A stretch of DNA of 43,248 nucleotides from Betaproteobacteria bacterium (GCA_031399805.1 JANNPG010000053.1:1-43248); one strand, 5' to 3'. Counted from the first letter of the stretch, positions 18,871 to 31,846 are shown. Translations and numbers: made by a program. The notes: generated by a model from the letters alone, not told the origin.

Positions 18871-19783
18871 CCCCAAGGCGGGCGCCCGGGACGAGCGCCG
18901 AGCCGGCGAGAAACGCCGCAGCCGCGAGCCGTTTTGCGCCCGCTCTCTGTAATTCGGTGATCTGCACCGCACCGCTACCCGCGGCGACCACGATGCCGTG
19001 CGCATCCGCTCGCGCAATCGTACCCGGCGCATGGCCGGCCAGCGCCACCGGCTCCGCACGCCAAAGCTTGAGAGTAACACCGTCCCAGCTCGTCGCGGCG
19101 CCGGGCGCCGGGTTGAAAGCGCGAATCTGGCGGCAAATGTCGCTTGCGCTGCGCGACCAGTCGATCGCCGCTTCGCGCTTGGAAATCTTTTGGGCATAGG
19201 ATGCGGCAGCCGGGTCCTGCGCGCGCGGCGCCGGAAGCTGGCGCAACGCACTTATTATGCAGCGCGCGCCCAGTTGTGCGAGTTTGTCGTGTAGTGTTTG
19301 CGCGGTGTCATCATCGCTGATTGCGATTCGTTCCTGCAGCAGCATCGCGCCGGTGTCGAGACCCGTATCCATTTGCATGATAGTAATACCGGTCTCGCGG
19401 TCGCCGGCAAGCAATGCCCGCTGAACCGGTGCCGCGCCGCGCCAGCGCGGCAGCAAAGATGCGTGGATATTAAGACAACCGCGGGGCGGTATTGCAAGTA
19501 GCGCCGCCGGCAGTATCAAGCCATAAGCGGCAACCACCATGAACTCGGCGCTGATTGAACGCAAGCGGGCTTGAATCTCCGCTTCGCGCAGGCTTGCCGG
19601 CTGCGCCAACGGCAAATGCCGGGTTAGCGCCAGCGTTTTGACCGCGCTTGGAAGCGTGCGCATGCCACGGCCAGCCGGGCGGTCCGGTTGGGTCAGCACC
19701 AGCGCAATATCGAAGCCGGCCGTCACTAAAGCGTCGAGTGCGATCGCCGCAAATTGCGGCGTGCCGGCAAAAATCAGTTTCAT
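18866..19783 (-). CDS. fmt: Methionyl-tRNA formyltransferase
   Basis: IFAGTPQFA, TQPDRPAGRG, VVAAYGLIL, LNIHASLLPRWRGAAP. Confidence 0.97.
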   Translation of the reverse strand: MKLIFAGTPQFAAIALDALVTAGFDIALVLTQPDRPAGRGMRTLPSAVKTLALTRHLPLAQPASLREAEIQARLRSISAEFMVVAAYGLILPAALLAIPPRGCLNIHASLLPRWRGAAPVQRALLAGDRETGITIMQMDTGLDTGAMLLQERIAISDDDTAQTLHDKLAQLGARCIISALRQLPAPRAQDPAAASYAQKISKREAAIDWSRSASDICRQIRAFNPAPGAATSWDGVTLKLWRAEPVALAGHAPGTIARADAHGIVVAAGSGAVQITELQRAGAKRLAAAAFLAGSALVPGARLGA

Positions 19784-19847
19784 GATGCGACGCAGATTCC
19801 GAACGTTGCCGCGCCGGTTAGCCGTGCGATAGGTACGGCGCAGATGA

Positions 19848-20351
19848 TTACATCACCTGCCGTTGCTGTTTTTTTAGTCTGGCGCGTATGCGTTGTTGTT
19901 TGAGCCGCGACAGATAATCGACAAATACCTTGCCCTCGAGATGATCTATTTCATGCTGGATGCACACCGCAAGCAATCCGTCGGCGTCGAGCGCGAAGCT
20001 TAGCCCCCGCGCGTCGAGCGCGCGCACCGTGATGCGCTCTGCCCGGGCCACTTTCTCGAAAATGCCGGGCACCGACAGGCAACCTTCTTCGCATACCGCC
20101 GCGCCGCTTTTGGCGACGATTTCCGGGTTGATAAATACCTGCAGCTGGTCGTGTGTTTCCGAAATATCAATAATGATTACACGCCGATGATCGTCGACCT
20201 GGGTCGCGGCCAGGCCGACCCCGGGCGCCGCATACATACTATCCGCCATGTTTTTGATTAATCTACGAATTTCGTCATTTACCACACGGATCGGCGCGGC
20301 CACGGTATAAAGCCTGGAATCCGGGTATTGGAGGATGGGCAACAGGGCCAT
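19848..20351 (-). CDS. def: Peptide deformylase
   Basis: [13 protein letters not shown] and QHEIDHLEG motifs. Confidence 0.98.
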   Translation of the reverse strand: MALLPILQYPDSRLYTVAAPIRVVNDEIRRLIKNMADSMYAAPGVGLAATQVDDHRRVIIIDISETHDQLQVFINPEIVAKSGAAVCEEGCLSVPGIFEKVARAERITVRALDARGLSFALDADGLLAVCIQHEIDHLEGKVFVDYLSRLKQQRIRARLKKQQRQVM

Positions 20352-20462
20352 AAGTCTTGCTAATTTAATTAATTAGGGGCACAATTTAATCTAATATGTG
20401 ACATTCTCGGCCGGTTTGGGATGTAACGCCAGACCGAGCTCGGCAACCAACACGGGGGCGCG
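20352..20462. promoter_or_regulatory. AT-rich divergent promoter region between def and the LysM gene
   Basis: Divergent intergenic segment containing the near-palindrome CTAATTTAATTAATTAG (20360-20376). Confidence 0.4.
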
Positions 20463-21638
20463 ATGAACAAGTTAATTATATCGCTGATTATATTATGTAG
20501 TTGGGTCGCGGCGGCACCCGCCGCCACCATGGCCGACCTCGCCGTTGGCGCGCCCGACCGCTACGTCGTCGTCCAGGGTGACACTCTGTGGGCCATAGCG
20601 AAGCGTTTCCTTAATGATCCGTGGAAGTGGAACGATCTGTGGAAAGCCAACCAGGAACAGATTCGCAATCCGCACCGGATTTATCCCGGTGACGTGCTTG
20701 TGCTCGACAGGTCTGCCGAGGACATGCGACTCAAGCTGTTGCGCGCTGAAACGGTCAAGCTTTCACCGCAAGTACGCGCGGTGCCGATCGCGCCGGAGGC
20801 GGTGCCAACCATACCCACCGCGGATATAGAACCTTTTCTCACCAAACCACTGGTGATTGCGCAAAATCAGCTCGCCAACGCACCGCGCATCGTGCGTACC
20901 CAGGAAAGCCGGGTGGCCGTAGGCGCTGGTGACATCGCATACGCCCAAGGACTCACCAAGGAACAGGGCAGTTATTGGCAAATATTCAGACCCGGCTCCC
21001 CGCTGATAGATCCGGTCAACAACGAAACCCTGGGCTACGAAGCGGTCTACCTCGGCGAAGCCAAAGTTAACAAGCTTGGCAATATAAGCACGATACAAAT
21101 ACTCACTGCCCCGCAGGAAATTTATGCCGGCGACTACCTGCAACCTTCGCCGCGCGAAATAAAGTTTGACGGTTACGGTCCGCGCGCGCCCGGCAAGAAA
21201 ATTGATGCGCGCATTATTGCGCTCTACAACCAGCTCTACGAAACCGGGCCAAGCGCGGTGATTACTATCAATAAAGGCGCGCGCGACGGGCTTGAGGCCG
21301 GACATGTGCTTGCGATATATCGCAATCTCAATGCCCCAACCTTCACGCTGCGTGAAAGTTCGCTGTGGGGCCGCACAGGCTTTATCTACAGCGATAAAAA
21401 TCCGAACACCGGTTACGAAAACGAACCCATGGGCAATCGCAACTCTCCGGTCTATGGCCGCATCGGTCCGATGGGTTCGCAATTCAAGAATGACAAGTCA
21501 AACATTCCCGTCGTAGCGCTGCCCGAGGAACGTTACGGACTGATGTTGGTATTCCGCGTATTCGATCATGCATCCTATGCGCTGGTCATGAACGCGACCC
21601 GACCGGTTAACGTCCTCGACATCGCCACCAATCCTTAA
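20463..21638 (+). CDS. LysM peptidoglycan-binding protein (TsaP-like)
   Basis: Signal peptide; YVVVQGDTLWAIA..FLNDPWKW..IRNPHRIYPGD LysM domain; C-terminal LPEERYGLMLVFRVFD..SYAL; sits between def and dprA. Confidence 0.9.
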   Translation: MNKLIISLIILCSWVAAAPAATMADLAVGAPDRYVVVQGDTLWAIAKRFLNDPWKWNDLWKANQEQIRNPHRIYPGDVLVLDRSAEDMRLKLLRAETVKLSPQVRAVPIAPEAVPTIPTADIEPFLTKPLVIAQNQLANAPRIVRTQESRVAVGAGDIAYAQGLTKEQGSYWQIFRPGSPLIDPVNNETLGYEAVYLGEAKVNKLGNISTIQILTAPQEIYAGDYLQPSPREIKFDGYGPRAPGKKIDARIIALYNQLYETGPSAVITINKGARDGLEAGHVLAIYRNLNAPTFTLRESSLWGRTGFIYSDKNPNTGYENEPMGNRNSPVYGRIGPMGSQFKNDKSNIPVVALPEERYGLMLVFRVFDHASYALVMNATRPVNVLDIATNP

Positions 21639-21666
21639 GCCGCCCGTAGTCCAAGGCGCGGCTTTT
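21637..21666 (+). terminator. Possible intrinsic terminator after the LysM gene
   Basis: AAGCCGC...GCGGCTT stem followed by a short T run. Confidence 0.4.
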
Positions 21667-21709
21667 ACCGTGGGTCGCCGTTCGGCGGCACACCAGCGGT
21701 TTACTCTGC

Positions 21710-22798
21710 GTGCCAACCACAGATAATAATGAAACAGCGTGCTGGCTGCGTTTAGTCCTGATCCCCGGGCTGGGCAACGTCGCTCTGCGCAAGCTGCTCA
21801 CCGCGTTGGGATCACCCGAACGGGTGCTTGCCGCGCGGCACGCCGAACTCCGCAACTTCGTTGCCGCTGATATAGCGTCGCTTATTTCCAGCGGCGGCAA
21901 CGCGGCGGCCGCGCAGCAAGCGATCGCCTGGCTCAGCGAACCGGCGAACCACGTGGTAACGCTCGGCGACGCGGACTATCCACAATCACTGTTGCAGACG
22001 GCGGATCCTCCGCCATTACTCTATGTCAAGGGACGGCTGGACCTGTTGAACCGGCCGGCGCTCGCAGTCGTCGGCAGTCGTAACGCGACCACGCAGGGCA
22101 CCAGTAACGCGACAGACTTCGCGCGCGCATTGAGCGACGCCGGAATCACGATTGTCAGCGGGCTTGCCCTCGGCATCGACGCCGCGGCCCACCGCGGGGG
22201 GCTCGCGGGCCGCGGCAGCAGTCTGGCGATTGTCGGCACCGGGCTTGACGTGGTTTATCCCGCGCGCAACAAGGCGCTGGCCCACGAGCTTGCCGAACGC
22301 GGTGCGCTCATCTCGGAGTATGCGCTCGGCACCCCGCCGCTCGGCAGCAATTTCCCGCGCCGCAACCGACTGATCAGCGGCGTGAGCCTGGGTTGCCTGG
22401 TGGTCGAGGCTGCATTGCAAAGCGGCTCACTGATCACCGCGCGTTTTGCCAATGAACAGGGGCGCGAGGTGTTCGCCTTGCCGGGATCAATTCACTCGCC
22501 GCTTGCCAAGGGCTGTCACGCGCTGATCAAGCAAGGTGCAAAGCTGGTTGACGCCGCCAACGATATTCTCGATGAACTTCATCTTCCCGCCGTTCGATCC
22601 GTATCGCCAGCGCCGCCCGTCCTCGACCCGGATGAGACGCGTTTATTGGACGCGCTTGGCTATGCGCCGTGCGGGCTGGATATGCTCTGCATACGCACCG
22701 GCCTTGGCGCAAACATGGTTTCGGCGACGCTCCTGAAACTGGAACTCCTGGAACTGGTCGAAAATCTCCCGGGCGGGCAGTATCAGCGCACGCGCTGA
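21710..22798 (+). CDS. dprA: DNA processing protein DprA
   Basis: AVVGSRNAT, IVSGLALGIDAAAH, NFPRRNRLISG, VVEAALQSGSLITA, GREVFALPGSI. Confidence 0.96.
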   Translation: MPTTDNNETACWLRLVLIPGLGNVALRKLLTALGSPERVLAARHAELRNFVAADIASLISSGGNAAAAQQAIAWLSEPANHVVTLGDADYPQSLLQTADPPPLLYVKGRLDLLNRPALAVVGSRNATTQGTSNATDFARALSDAGITIVSGLALGIDAAAHRGGLAGRGSSLAIVGTGLDVVYPARNKALAHELAERGALISEYALGTPPLGSNFPRRNRLISGVSLGCLVVEAALQSGSLITARFANEQGREVFALPGSIHSPLAKGCHALIKQGAKLVDAANDILDELHLPAVRSVSPAPPVLDPDETRLLDALGYAPCGLDMLCIRTGLGANMVSATLLKLELLELVENLPGGQYQRTR

Positions 22799-22854
22799 GC
22801 GTGCGTTGCGCGACCGGGTCGCATCATAATTCACGCTTCGCCCTCATCGCGCGC

Positions 22855-22883
22855 TTGCGTAGTCGGATTTTTGTTCTTATCAT
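22855..22883 (+). promoter_or_regulatory. Candidate sigma70 promoter for topB
   Basis: TTGCGT-N17-TATCAT. Confidence 0.4.
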
Positions 22884-22936
22884 CGTGCGCTCGTTTGCTC
22901 GCAGCCGCGCGCCGTGACTTTTAGCACAGACAACTA

Positions 22937-25501
22937 ATGGCCAAGAAAACAACCACCAAGAAGAAGTCCGCGGTTAAAAGCGTCGTCGCCCCGCATGGCA
23001 AAAAGCTCATCATCGCGGAAAAGCCTTCCGTCGCGAACGACATCGCGCGCGTGTTGGGCGGTTTCACGCGACACGGCGACTATTTCGAAAGCGACGATTA
23101 CGTGCTGTCATCGGCGGTCGGCCATTTGCTGACCATCGTTCCCCCCGAAGGCGTCGAAGTCAAGCGCGGCAAATGGTCATTGACTCATCTGCCGGTAATT
23201 CCACCGCACTTCGATTTGCAGCCCATCGAAAGATCGGAGGAGCGCCTCAAGCTCTTGACTCGTCTGATCAAACTCAAAAACGTTACCGCGCTGCTCAACG
23301 CGTGCGACGCCGGCCGCGAGGGCGAACTGATTTTCCGTTACATCGTGAACCATGCCAAAACCACCAAGCCCATTGAGCGTTTGTGGCTGCAATCGATGAC
23401 GCCGGCGTCGATTCGCGAGGGCTTCGCGCAGTTACGCAGCGACAAGGAGATGCAGCCGCTGGCGGACGCGGCCATCTGCCGCTCCGAGGCTGACTGGCTG
23501 GTCGGCATCAACGGCACGCGCGCGATGACTGCCTTTAACTCGAAATCGGGCGGATTCCACCTGACGACCGTGGGGCGTGTACAGACGCCGACACTCGCGA
23601 TCCTCGTTGAACGCGAGGAGAAGATCAAGAAGTTTGTCTCGCGCGACTACTTCGAGGTTCATGCGACGTTCGCCGCCAAGGCGGGTGACTATGGCGGTCG
23701 CTGGTTCGATGAGAACTTCAGCAAAGTCAAAAAATCCGAAGACGGCGATGTCAGGGCCGAGCGCCTGTGGGAACGCGCGCGCGCTGACGCGATTCGCGCC
23801 AAATGCGCGGGCAAGACCGGTGTGGTTGAAGAGGAAAGCAAACCCTCGAGCCAGCTCTCGCCGCTGTTGTTCGACCTCACCAGCCTGCAACGCGACGGCA
23901 ATGCGCGCTTCGGCTTCTCGGCGAAAACCACGCTGTCCATTGCGCAGGCACTGTACGAAAAGCACAAAGTGCTGACCTATCCGCGCACCGATTCGCGCGC
24001 ACTGCCTGAGGATTACCTGACTACCGTCGCTGCCGCAATGCAGGCGCTCGACAAACCCTATCAACCGTTTGTCAAACAGATCATCGCCAACAAATGGGTG
24101 CGTCCGAACAAGCGCATTTTCAACAACGCCAGGATTTCTGACCACTTCGCGATCATTCCTACCTCACTTGCGCCCAAACATCTGAGCGAAGCCGAAGCGA
24201 AGATCTATGATCTCGTCACCAAACGGTTTCTGGCGGTGTTTTTCCCGGCCGCTGAGTTCCAGATTACCACCCGCATCACGCGCGTAGAGGACGAACCGTT
24301 CAAGAGCGAAGGCAAGATCATGGTAAACGCGGGCTGGCTCGAGATCTACGGCAAGGAAGCCGAGACCGACGACACACCCGCTTTGGTGCCGGTCGCCGCC
24401 AGGGAATCTCCGCGCGCAGCCACGGTTGTGGTCGTCCCGCTGCAAACCAAACCGCCGGCGCGCTACTCCGAAGCAACCCTGCTGTCGGCGATGGAGGGCG
24501 CGGGCAAGCTGGTTGAGGACGAAGAGTTGCGCGACGCGATGCGCGCCAAGGGTCTCGGTACGCCCGCCACGCGCGCGACGATCATCGAGGGACTGATCTA
24601 TGAACGATATGTGCACCGCAACGGCCGCGAGCTACAGGCCACCGCCAAGGCGTTTTCGCTGATCACGTTGCTGCGCGGCCTGCAAATCGACGAACTGTGC
24701 TCGCCCGAGCTGACCGGCGAGTGGGAGTTTAAGCTCGCGCAGATTGAGCACAGCAAGCTTTCGCGCACGAAGTTCATGCACGAGATCGCCAGCATGGTTC
24801 GCCGCCTGGTCAAGCACACCAAGGAGCACGAAAGCGACACCGTGCCGGGCGACTTCTCGACGTTGTCCACCCCGTGCCCGAAATGCGGCGGGGTGGTCAA
24901 GGAAAATTACAAGAAATTCCAATGCCAGAAGTGCGACTTCGCGCTGTGGAAAATACTCGCCGGCCGCCAGCTCGAGCCGGCGGAAGTCGAGGCGTTGATA
25001 ATCAAAGGCAGCATAGGACCGCTGCAGGGTTTCCGCAGCCGCATGGGCAAGCCGTTTATTGCGATAATCAAACTGAGCGCTGAATTCAAGACCGAATTCG
25101 ACTTCGGTCAGAACGGCAATGACGCCGACGCCGAACCGATCGATTTTTCCGGCCAGCAGGCGCTGGGCGCTTGTCCCAAATGCGGCGGCCGCGTATTCAG
25201 CCACGGTGTGGCCTATATCTGCGAGAAAGCGACCGGCCCCAACCGCAGTTGTGATTTTCGCTCGGGCAAAATCATCCTGCAGCGCCCGATCGAGACGGAG
25301 CAGATGCAAAAGCTGCTCACCACCGGCAAGACCGATCTCCTGCACCGCTTCATTTCGAAGAAAGGCCGCCCATTCTCGGCTTTTCTGGCGCGCGGAGAGG
25401 GCGGAAAAGTGACTTTCGAGTTTGCGCCGCGCGAGCCTAAGAGCGTAAAACCGAAAACGGCAGCAAAAAAAGCACGCAAAGGCAAAGTCGTCGCAAGCTG
25501 A
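22937..25501 (+). CDS. topB: Type IA DNA topoisomerase III
   Basis: IIAEKPSVA, NACDAGREGELIFR, VGRVQTPTL, TYPRTDS active site, GLGTPATRA, C-terminal Zn-ribbon/Toprim_C repeats. Confidence 0.93.
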   Translation: MAKKTTTKKKSAVKSVVAPHGKKLIIAEKPSVANDIARVLGGFTRHGDYFESDDYVLSSAVGHLLTIVPPEGVEVKRGKWSLTHLPVIPPHFDLQPIERSEERLKLLTRLIKLKNVTALLNACDAGREGELIFRYIVNHAKTTKPIERLWLQSMTPASIREGFAQLRSDKEMQPLADAAICRSEADWLVGINGTRAMTAFNSKSGGFHLTTVGRVQTPTLAILVEREEKIKKFVSRDYFEVHATFAAKAGDYGGRWFDENFSKVKKSEDGDVRAERLWERARADAIRAKCAGKTGVVEEESKPSSQLSPLLFDLTSLQRDGNARFGFSAKTTLSIAQALYEKHKVLTYPRTDSRALPEDYLTTVAAAMQALDKPYQPFVKQIIANKWVRPNKRIFNNARISDHFAIIPTSLAPKHLSEAEAKIYDLVTKRFLAVFFPAAEFQITTRITRVEDEPFKSEGKIMVNAGWLEIYGKEAETDDTPALVPVAARESPRAATVVVVPLQTKPPARYSEATLLSAMEGAGKLVEDEELRDAMRAKGLGTPATRATIIEGLIYERYVHRNGRELQATAKAFSLITLLRGLQIDELCSPELTGEWEFKLAQIEHSKLSRTKFMHEIASMVRRLVKHTKEHESDTVPGDFSTLSTPCPKCGGVVKENYKKFQCQKCDFALWKILAGRQLEPAEVEALIIKGSIGPLQGFRSRMGKPFIAIIKLSAEFKTEFDFGQNGNDADAEPIDFSGQQALGACPKCGGRVFSHGVAYICEKATGPNRSCDFRSGKIILQRPIETEQMQKLLTTGKTDLLHRFISKKGRPFSAFLARGEGGKVTFEFAPREPKSVKPKTAAKKARKGKVVAS

Positions 25502-25513
25502 ATCGTCGCTCCC

Positions 25514-26491
25514 TCAGTCGATTTGTGCGCCCGCCTGCTTGATAGCCCGGGCCCATTTCGCCAGTTCGACTTTGACGAACGCCGCGAATTGCTCGGGCGT
25601 ATTGCCCACGGGCTCGGCGCCTTCGCCCGCTAGTCGCTCGCGCATTTCGGGGTTGGCCAGCGCTTTGAGCGTCGCTGCGTTCAGCTTCTGCACCACGCCC
25701 TTCGGTGTCCCGGCAGGCGCCATCAAGCCCGCCCACGAACTTACGTCAAACCCGGGCAACCCCGATTCAGCTATCGTCGGCACCGCCGGTACCGCCGGGG
25801 AGCGCTTTGCGGTGGTTACTGCCAGCCCCTTGAGTTTGCCGGACTTGATGTGTGGCATCGCCCCTGGCAAGGTCGCAAACGTGATTTGTACTTCGCCCGA
25901 CAGCACTGCCAGCGTCGATGGCGCGCCGCCCTTGTATGGGACATGCACCAAGTCGACCCCCGCCATACCCTTGAAAATTTCGCCGCTCAGATGGCCGGGC
26001 GAGCCGTTACCTGAAGACCCGAAACGCACTGCGCCAGGCTGGGCTTTCGCGAGCGCGATCAGATCCTTAACGTTTTTTACCGGCACGCCGGGGTTGACCG
26101 CCAGAATCAGCGGATAAGATGCAATCAAGGTCACCGGCGCATAGTCCTTGACCGGGTCATAGGGTACCTTTTTGTAGAGCCCAGGGTTGATGCCATGGCT
26201 GCTGACGGTTGCCATCAGCAGCGTGTAGCCGTCGGGATTGCCTTTGGCCACCAGCTCCGACGCGAGGTTGCCGGCAGCGCCCGCCCGGTTGTCTATCACC
26301 ACTTGCTGGCCCAGCGCCTCCGCCAATCTGAGTCCGACCTGACGCGACAGGATGTCAGTACTGCCGCCGGGCGGAAAACCGACCAGCAAGCGGATCGGTT
26401 TACTCGGATAGCTGTCCGCGACCTGCGCCCCGACTTGCGCCGCCGCGAACAAGCCGGCTAACGTGGCCAATATCATTGACAATTTTTGCAT
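25514..26491 (-). CDS. Bug/TctC-family substrate-binding protein
   Basis: YPSKPIRLLVGFPPGGSTD, VIDNRAGAAG, HVPYKGG, GAEPVGNTPEQF. Confidence 0.95.
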   Translation of the reverse strand: MQKLSMILATLAGLFAAAQVGAQVADSYPSKPIRLLVGFPPGGSTDILSRQVGLRLAEALGQQVVIDNRAGAAGNLASELVAKGNPDGYTLLMATVSSHGINPGLYKKVPYDPVKDYAPVTLIASYPLILAVNPGVPVKNVKDLIALAKAQPGAVRFGSSGNGSPGHLSGEIFKGMAGVDLVHVPYKGGAPSTLAVLSGEVQITFATLPGAMPHIKSGKLKGLAVTTAKRSPAVPAVPTIAESGLPGFDVSSWAGLMAPAGTPKGVVQKLNAATLKALANPEMRERLAGEGAEPVGNTPEQFAAFVKVELAKWARAIKQAGAQID

Positions 26492-26614
26492 GAAGCCTCT
26501 CCATGATGGTCGGCGTGGTTGCGCGTCGCGCAGGCGTCTGTCCGCAGAATAATGCTCCTGTGTTGCGCCGCTCCTGCAACTGAAGGCGGCGGCCGCGGAT
26601 TTATTATGTGAGGG

Positions 26615-29041
<2,427 letters not shown>

Positions 29042-29066
29042 TTATAAAACATGCTATTCAAACTCT

Positions 29067-30176
29067 TTAAATCCGCATTGGCATTACGACGTACCTGAAA
29101 TCGGTGTCTTCGCTAATCGTAATCAACACACTGCTGTTGGCATCCCCGAAAGAACAGGTCACCTTGTCGCTCGCGAGATTTGCCAATACATCGAGCAGGT
29201 AAGTAACGTTAAAGCCTATATCAAGCGCTTCGCCCGAATAACCGATCTCGATTTCCTCGAAGGCCTCCTCCTGCTCCGTATTCGTGCATGAGATACGAAG
29301 CTGGCCGTCGGTCAGCGTCCAGCGCACGCCGCGAAACTTCTCGTTTGAAAGAATGGCGACGCGCTGCAAAGCCTGCTGGAGAATACTCCGTTCGATCATA
29401 AAATGCTTCTGATAATTGGTCGGTATCACGCGGGTGTAGTCGGGGAATTTCCCGTCGACGACCTTGCTGATCAGGACCACATCCTGGGTCTGAAATTTCA
29501 CCTGGGTCAGGGCTAGTTCCATGTTGAGGTCGTCGTCGCTGTCGTTCAGCAGCTTGATGAGTTCCTGAACCGCCTTGCGCGGCAGTATGACTTCCAGGGG
29601 TTCTGCCGTTTTGGACAGCTTCATGCTTGCGTAGGCGAGCCGGTGCCCGTCGGTGGCAACCACTTTGAGAGTGTCCGCGTTCAGTAGCAAAAGCATTCCG
29701 TTCAGGTAATAACGGATATCCTGCTGCGCCATTGCATATTGCACGAGCAATAGCAAGGCTTTAAACGCCTTCTGCGACACGGCTATCCTGGTGGTTGCGG
29801 CGGGGACCTGTGCCAGCTTGGGGAAGTCCTCCGCCGGCAGCGTCTGCAGCGTGAAGCGACTTTTGCCTGATTTAACGATCAAACGATTATTTTGCGCCTC
29901 TAGGGCAATGTCAGCTTGTTCCGGCAACGCGCGCAAAATGTCCTGGAGTTTGCGTGCAGAGGTGGTGACTGCATATTTGTCGGCACTTTTGTTCTGGTTA
30001 GCGAAGCTGGTGGAAACCTGGATTTCGAGATCAGTCGCCAACAATTGCAAACGGTCTTCGACTTGTTCGATCAGCACATTCGACAAGATCGGCAGCGTGT
30101 GGCGTTTTTCGACGATGCCGGTTACGGCTTGTAGGGGTTTGAGCAGGTTATCCCGCTTGGTCTGTACTAGTTTCAT
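29067..30176 (-). CDS. dnaN: DNA polymerase III beta clamp
   Basis: HTLPILSNVL, DIRYYLNG, VATDGHRL, YVVMPMRI. Confidence 0.98.
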   Translation of the reverse strand: MKLVQTKRDNLLKPLQAVTGIVEKRHTLPILSNVLIEQVEDRLQLLATDLEIQVSTSFANQNKSADKYAVTTSARKLQDILRALPEQADIALEAQNNRLIVKSGKSRFTLQTLPAEDFPKLAQVPAATTRIAVSQKAFKALLLLVQYAMAQQDIRYYLNGMLLLLNADTLKVVATDGHRLAYASMKLSKTAEPLEVILPRKAVQELIKLLNDSDDDLNMELALTQVKFQTQDVVLISKVVDGKFPDYTRVIPTNYQKHFMIERSILQQALQRVAILSNEKFRGVRWTLTDGQLRISCTNTEQEEAFEEIEIGYSGEALDIGFNVTYLLDVLANLASDKVTCSFGDANSSVLITISEDTDFRYVVMPMRI

Positions 30177-30363
30177 GATTTATTTATCCTAGTAGTAGTA
30201 GTAACAGTCGCTTATTTTGTGGATAAGTGGCTAAGTGCAAGACAGTGGCGACTTCACGGGCTTTTTCAAGACCAATAACCCGTGTGATACTTTGTGGATA
30301 GATTGTTGGTGATATTTTCAAGCGCGCAAAATAGAAGCTTATGCACAAGTCAGACCTCGGTTG
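30177..30363. other. Probable chromosomal origin (oriC) unwinding region
   Basis: DnaA boxes TGTGGATAA (30218-30226), TGTGGATAG (30293-30301) and TTATGCACA (30339-30347). TAG-repeat DnaA-trio array at 30190-30207 with an AT-rich flank. Predominant gene orientation switches near here. Confidence 0.78.
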
Positions 30364-31686
30364 TTAGCCGCGCAATACCTTGAGTAAAGAATCAAAATCC
30401 CTTGTTATTTCATGACTGGTGATTTTTAGTGAGGCGATCTTGCGACAGGCGTGCAAGACCGTCGTATGGTCGCGTCCACCGAAAGCGTCGCCGATGTCCG
30501 GCAGACTCAGGTGCGTCAACTCTTTGGCCAGGGCCATTGCGACCTGGCGGGGGCGCGCAATGTTTCGGCTGCGCTTCTTCGAGTACATTTCCGAGACTTT
30601 TATTTTGTAGTAATCGGCGACCGTCTTTTGGATATTGTCTATGGAAATCTGCCGACTTTGTAAAGCGAGCAGGTCTTTCAAAGCGTCGCGACAAAGATCG
30701 ACGGATATTTGCTGGCCTGAAAACCGGGAGTAAGCAAGTATGCGTTTAAGCGCTCCCTCGAGCTCGCGAATGTTGGATTGACTGTGCGTGGCTATGAAAA
30801 AAGCCACGCTCTCGTCAAGCTGCACGTTCTCGGCCTCGGCTTTCTTGAGGAGAATCGCTACCCGCATCTCGAGTTCCGGGGGTTCGACCGCGACGGTTAA
30901 ACCCCAGGCAAAACGCGATATCAGGCGGTTCTCGATCCCCGGAATTTCACGGGGATAGGTGTCGCATGTGATGACCACTTGTTTGCGCGACTCGATAAGC
31001 GCGTTGAAGGCGTAGAAAAATTCTTCCTGCGTTCGGCTCTTACCGCTAAAAAACTGAATATCGTCGATCAGCAGCAGATCGAGCGAGTGGTAGTAACGCT
31101 TGAAATCGTCGAACGCTTTATGTTGGTAGGCGCGCACGACGTCGGACACGTACTGTTCGGCGTGAATATATCGTATCCTGCTTTGGGGGTTGCGCTGCAG
31201 CAGCAAGTTACCAATCGCATGGGTAAGGTGCGTCTTCCCCAATCCAACCCCGCCATAGACGAATAACGGGTTATAGGCTTCCCCGGCGCGCTCGGCGACC
31301 TGAATTGCGGCCGCGCGCGCAAGCTCATTAGCCTTGCCCGTTACGAAGGTTCCAAAATTGAACTCCGGGTTAAGGCGGGAGATATCGCGCGTGCCGGGTT
31401 TGGTGCGGGTGCTTGCAGGGATCAGCTCTTTCGAAGGACCCGCCGCTTCCTTTTCGGCCAGGACCAAATTGATGATCAACTCGGTGCCGAAGCGTTCCGC
31501 GGCGAGTTGCTGGATCTCGATGAGGAAGCGGTCGCGTATCCATTGCAGGACGAAGCGATTTGGCGCGGTCAGGGTGACCAGATTTTCGGTGGCGTGAAAC
31601 TTGAGGGGTTTGATCCAAGTCTTGAATTGCTGTGGTGGCAGCTGTTGTTCAAAATGGTTCAGACAAGAGCGCCAAAAGCTATTCAT
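30364..31686 (-). CDS. dnaA: Chromosomal replication initiator DnaA
   Basis: [46 protein letters not shown]. Confidence 0.99.
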   Translation of the reverse strand: MNSFWRSCLNHFEQQLPPQQFKTWIKPLKFHATENLVTLTAPNRFVLQWIRDRFLIEIQQLAAERFGTELIINLVLAEKEAAGPSKELIPASTRTKPGTRDISRLNPEFNFGTFVTGKANELARAAAIQVAERAGEAYNPLFVYGGVGLGKTHLTHAIGNLLLQRNPQSRIRYIHAEQYVSDVVRAYQHKAFDDFKRYYHSLDLLLIDDIQFFSGKSRTQEEFFYAFNALIESRKQVVITCDTYPREIPGIENRLISRFAWGLTVAVEPPELEMRVAILLKKAEAENVQLDESVAFFIATHSQSNIRELEGALKRILAYSRFSGQQISVDLCRDALKDLLALQSRQISIDNIQKTVADYYKIKVSEMYSKKRSRNIARPRQVAMALAKELTHLSLPDIGDAFGGRDHTTVLHACRKIASLKITSHEITRDFDSLLKVLRG

Positions 31687-31766
31687 CGTGGGGCAGACAA
31701 TATTGTGTTATGGACAGGCGGGAAAATGCTGCGATAAAGGTTCAAGTTTAGCGTTTTTGGTCGAAG

Positions 31767-31775
31767 TTATCCACA
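31767..31775 (+). promoter_or_regulatory. DnaA box upstream of dnaA
   Basis: Perfect TTATCCACA in the dnaA-rpmH intergenic region. Confidence 0.8.
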
Positions 31776-31816
31776 ACCCGTGACATTCGGGTCGGTGGAG
31801 TTTACACAGAACCGGA

Positions 31817-31846
31817 TTGACAGAAGCACACGTTAACGGTTGTAAT
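31817..31846 (+). promoter_or_regulatory. Candidate sigma70 promoter for the rpmH operon
   Basis: TTGACA-N18-TGTAAT. Confidence 0.5.

Noticed and set aside
18805-19251. Upstream part of track ORF 18724..19251
   Set aside because: It overlaps fmt in another frame. Only the last 26 codons have an RBS and HtpX similarity.
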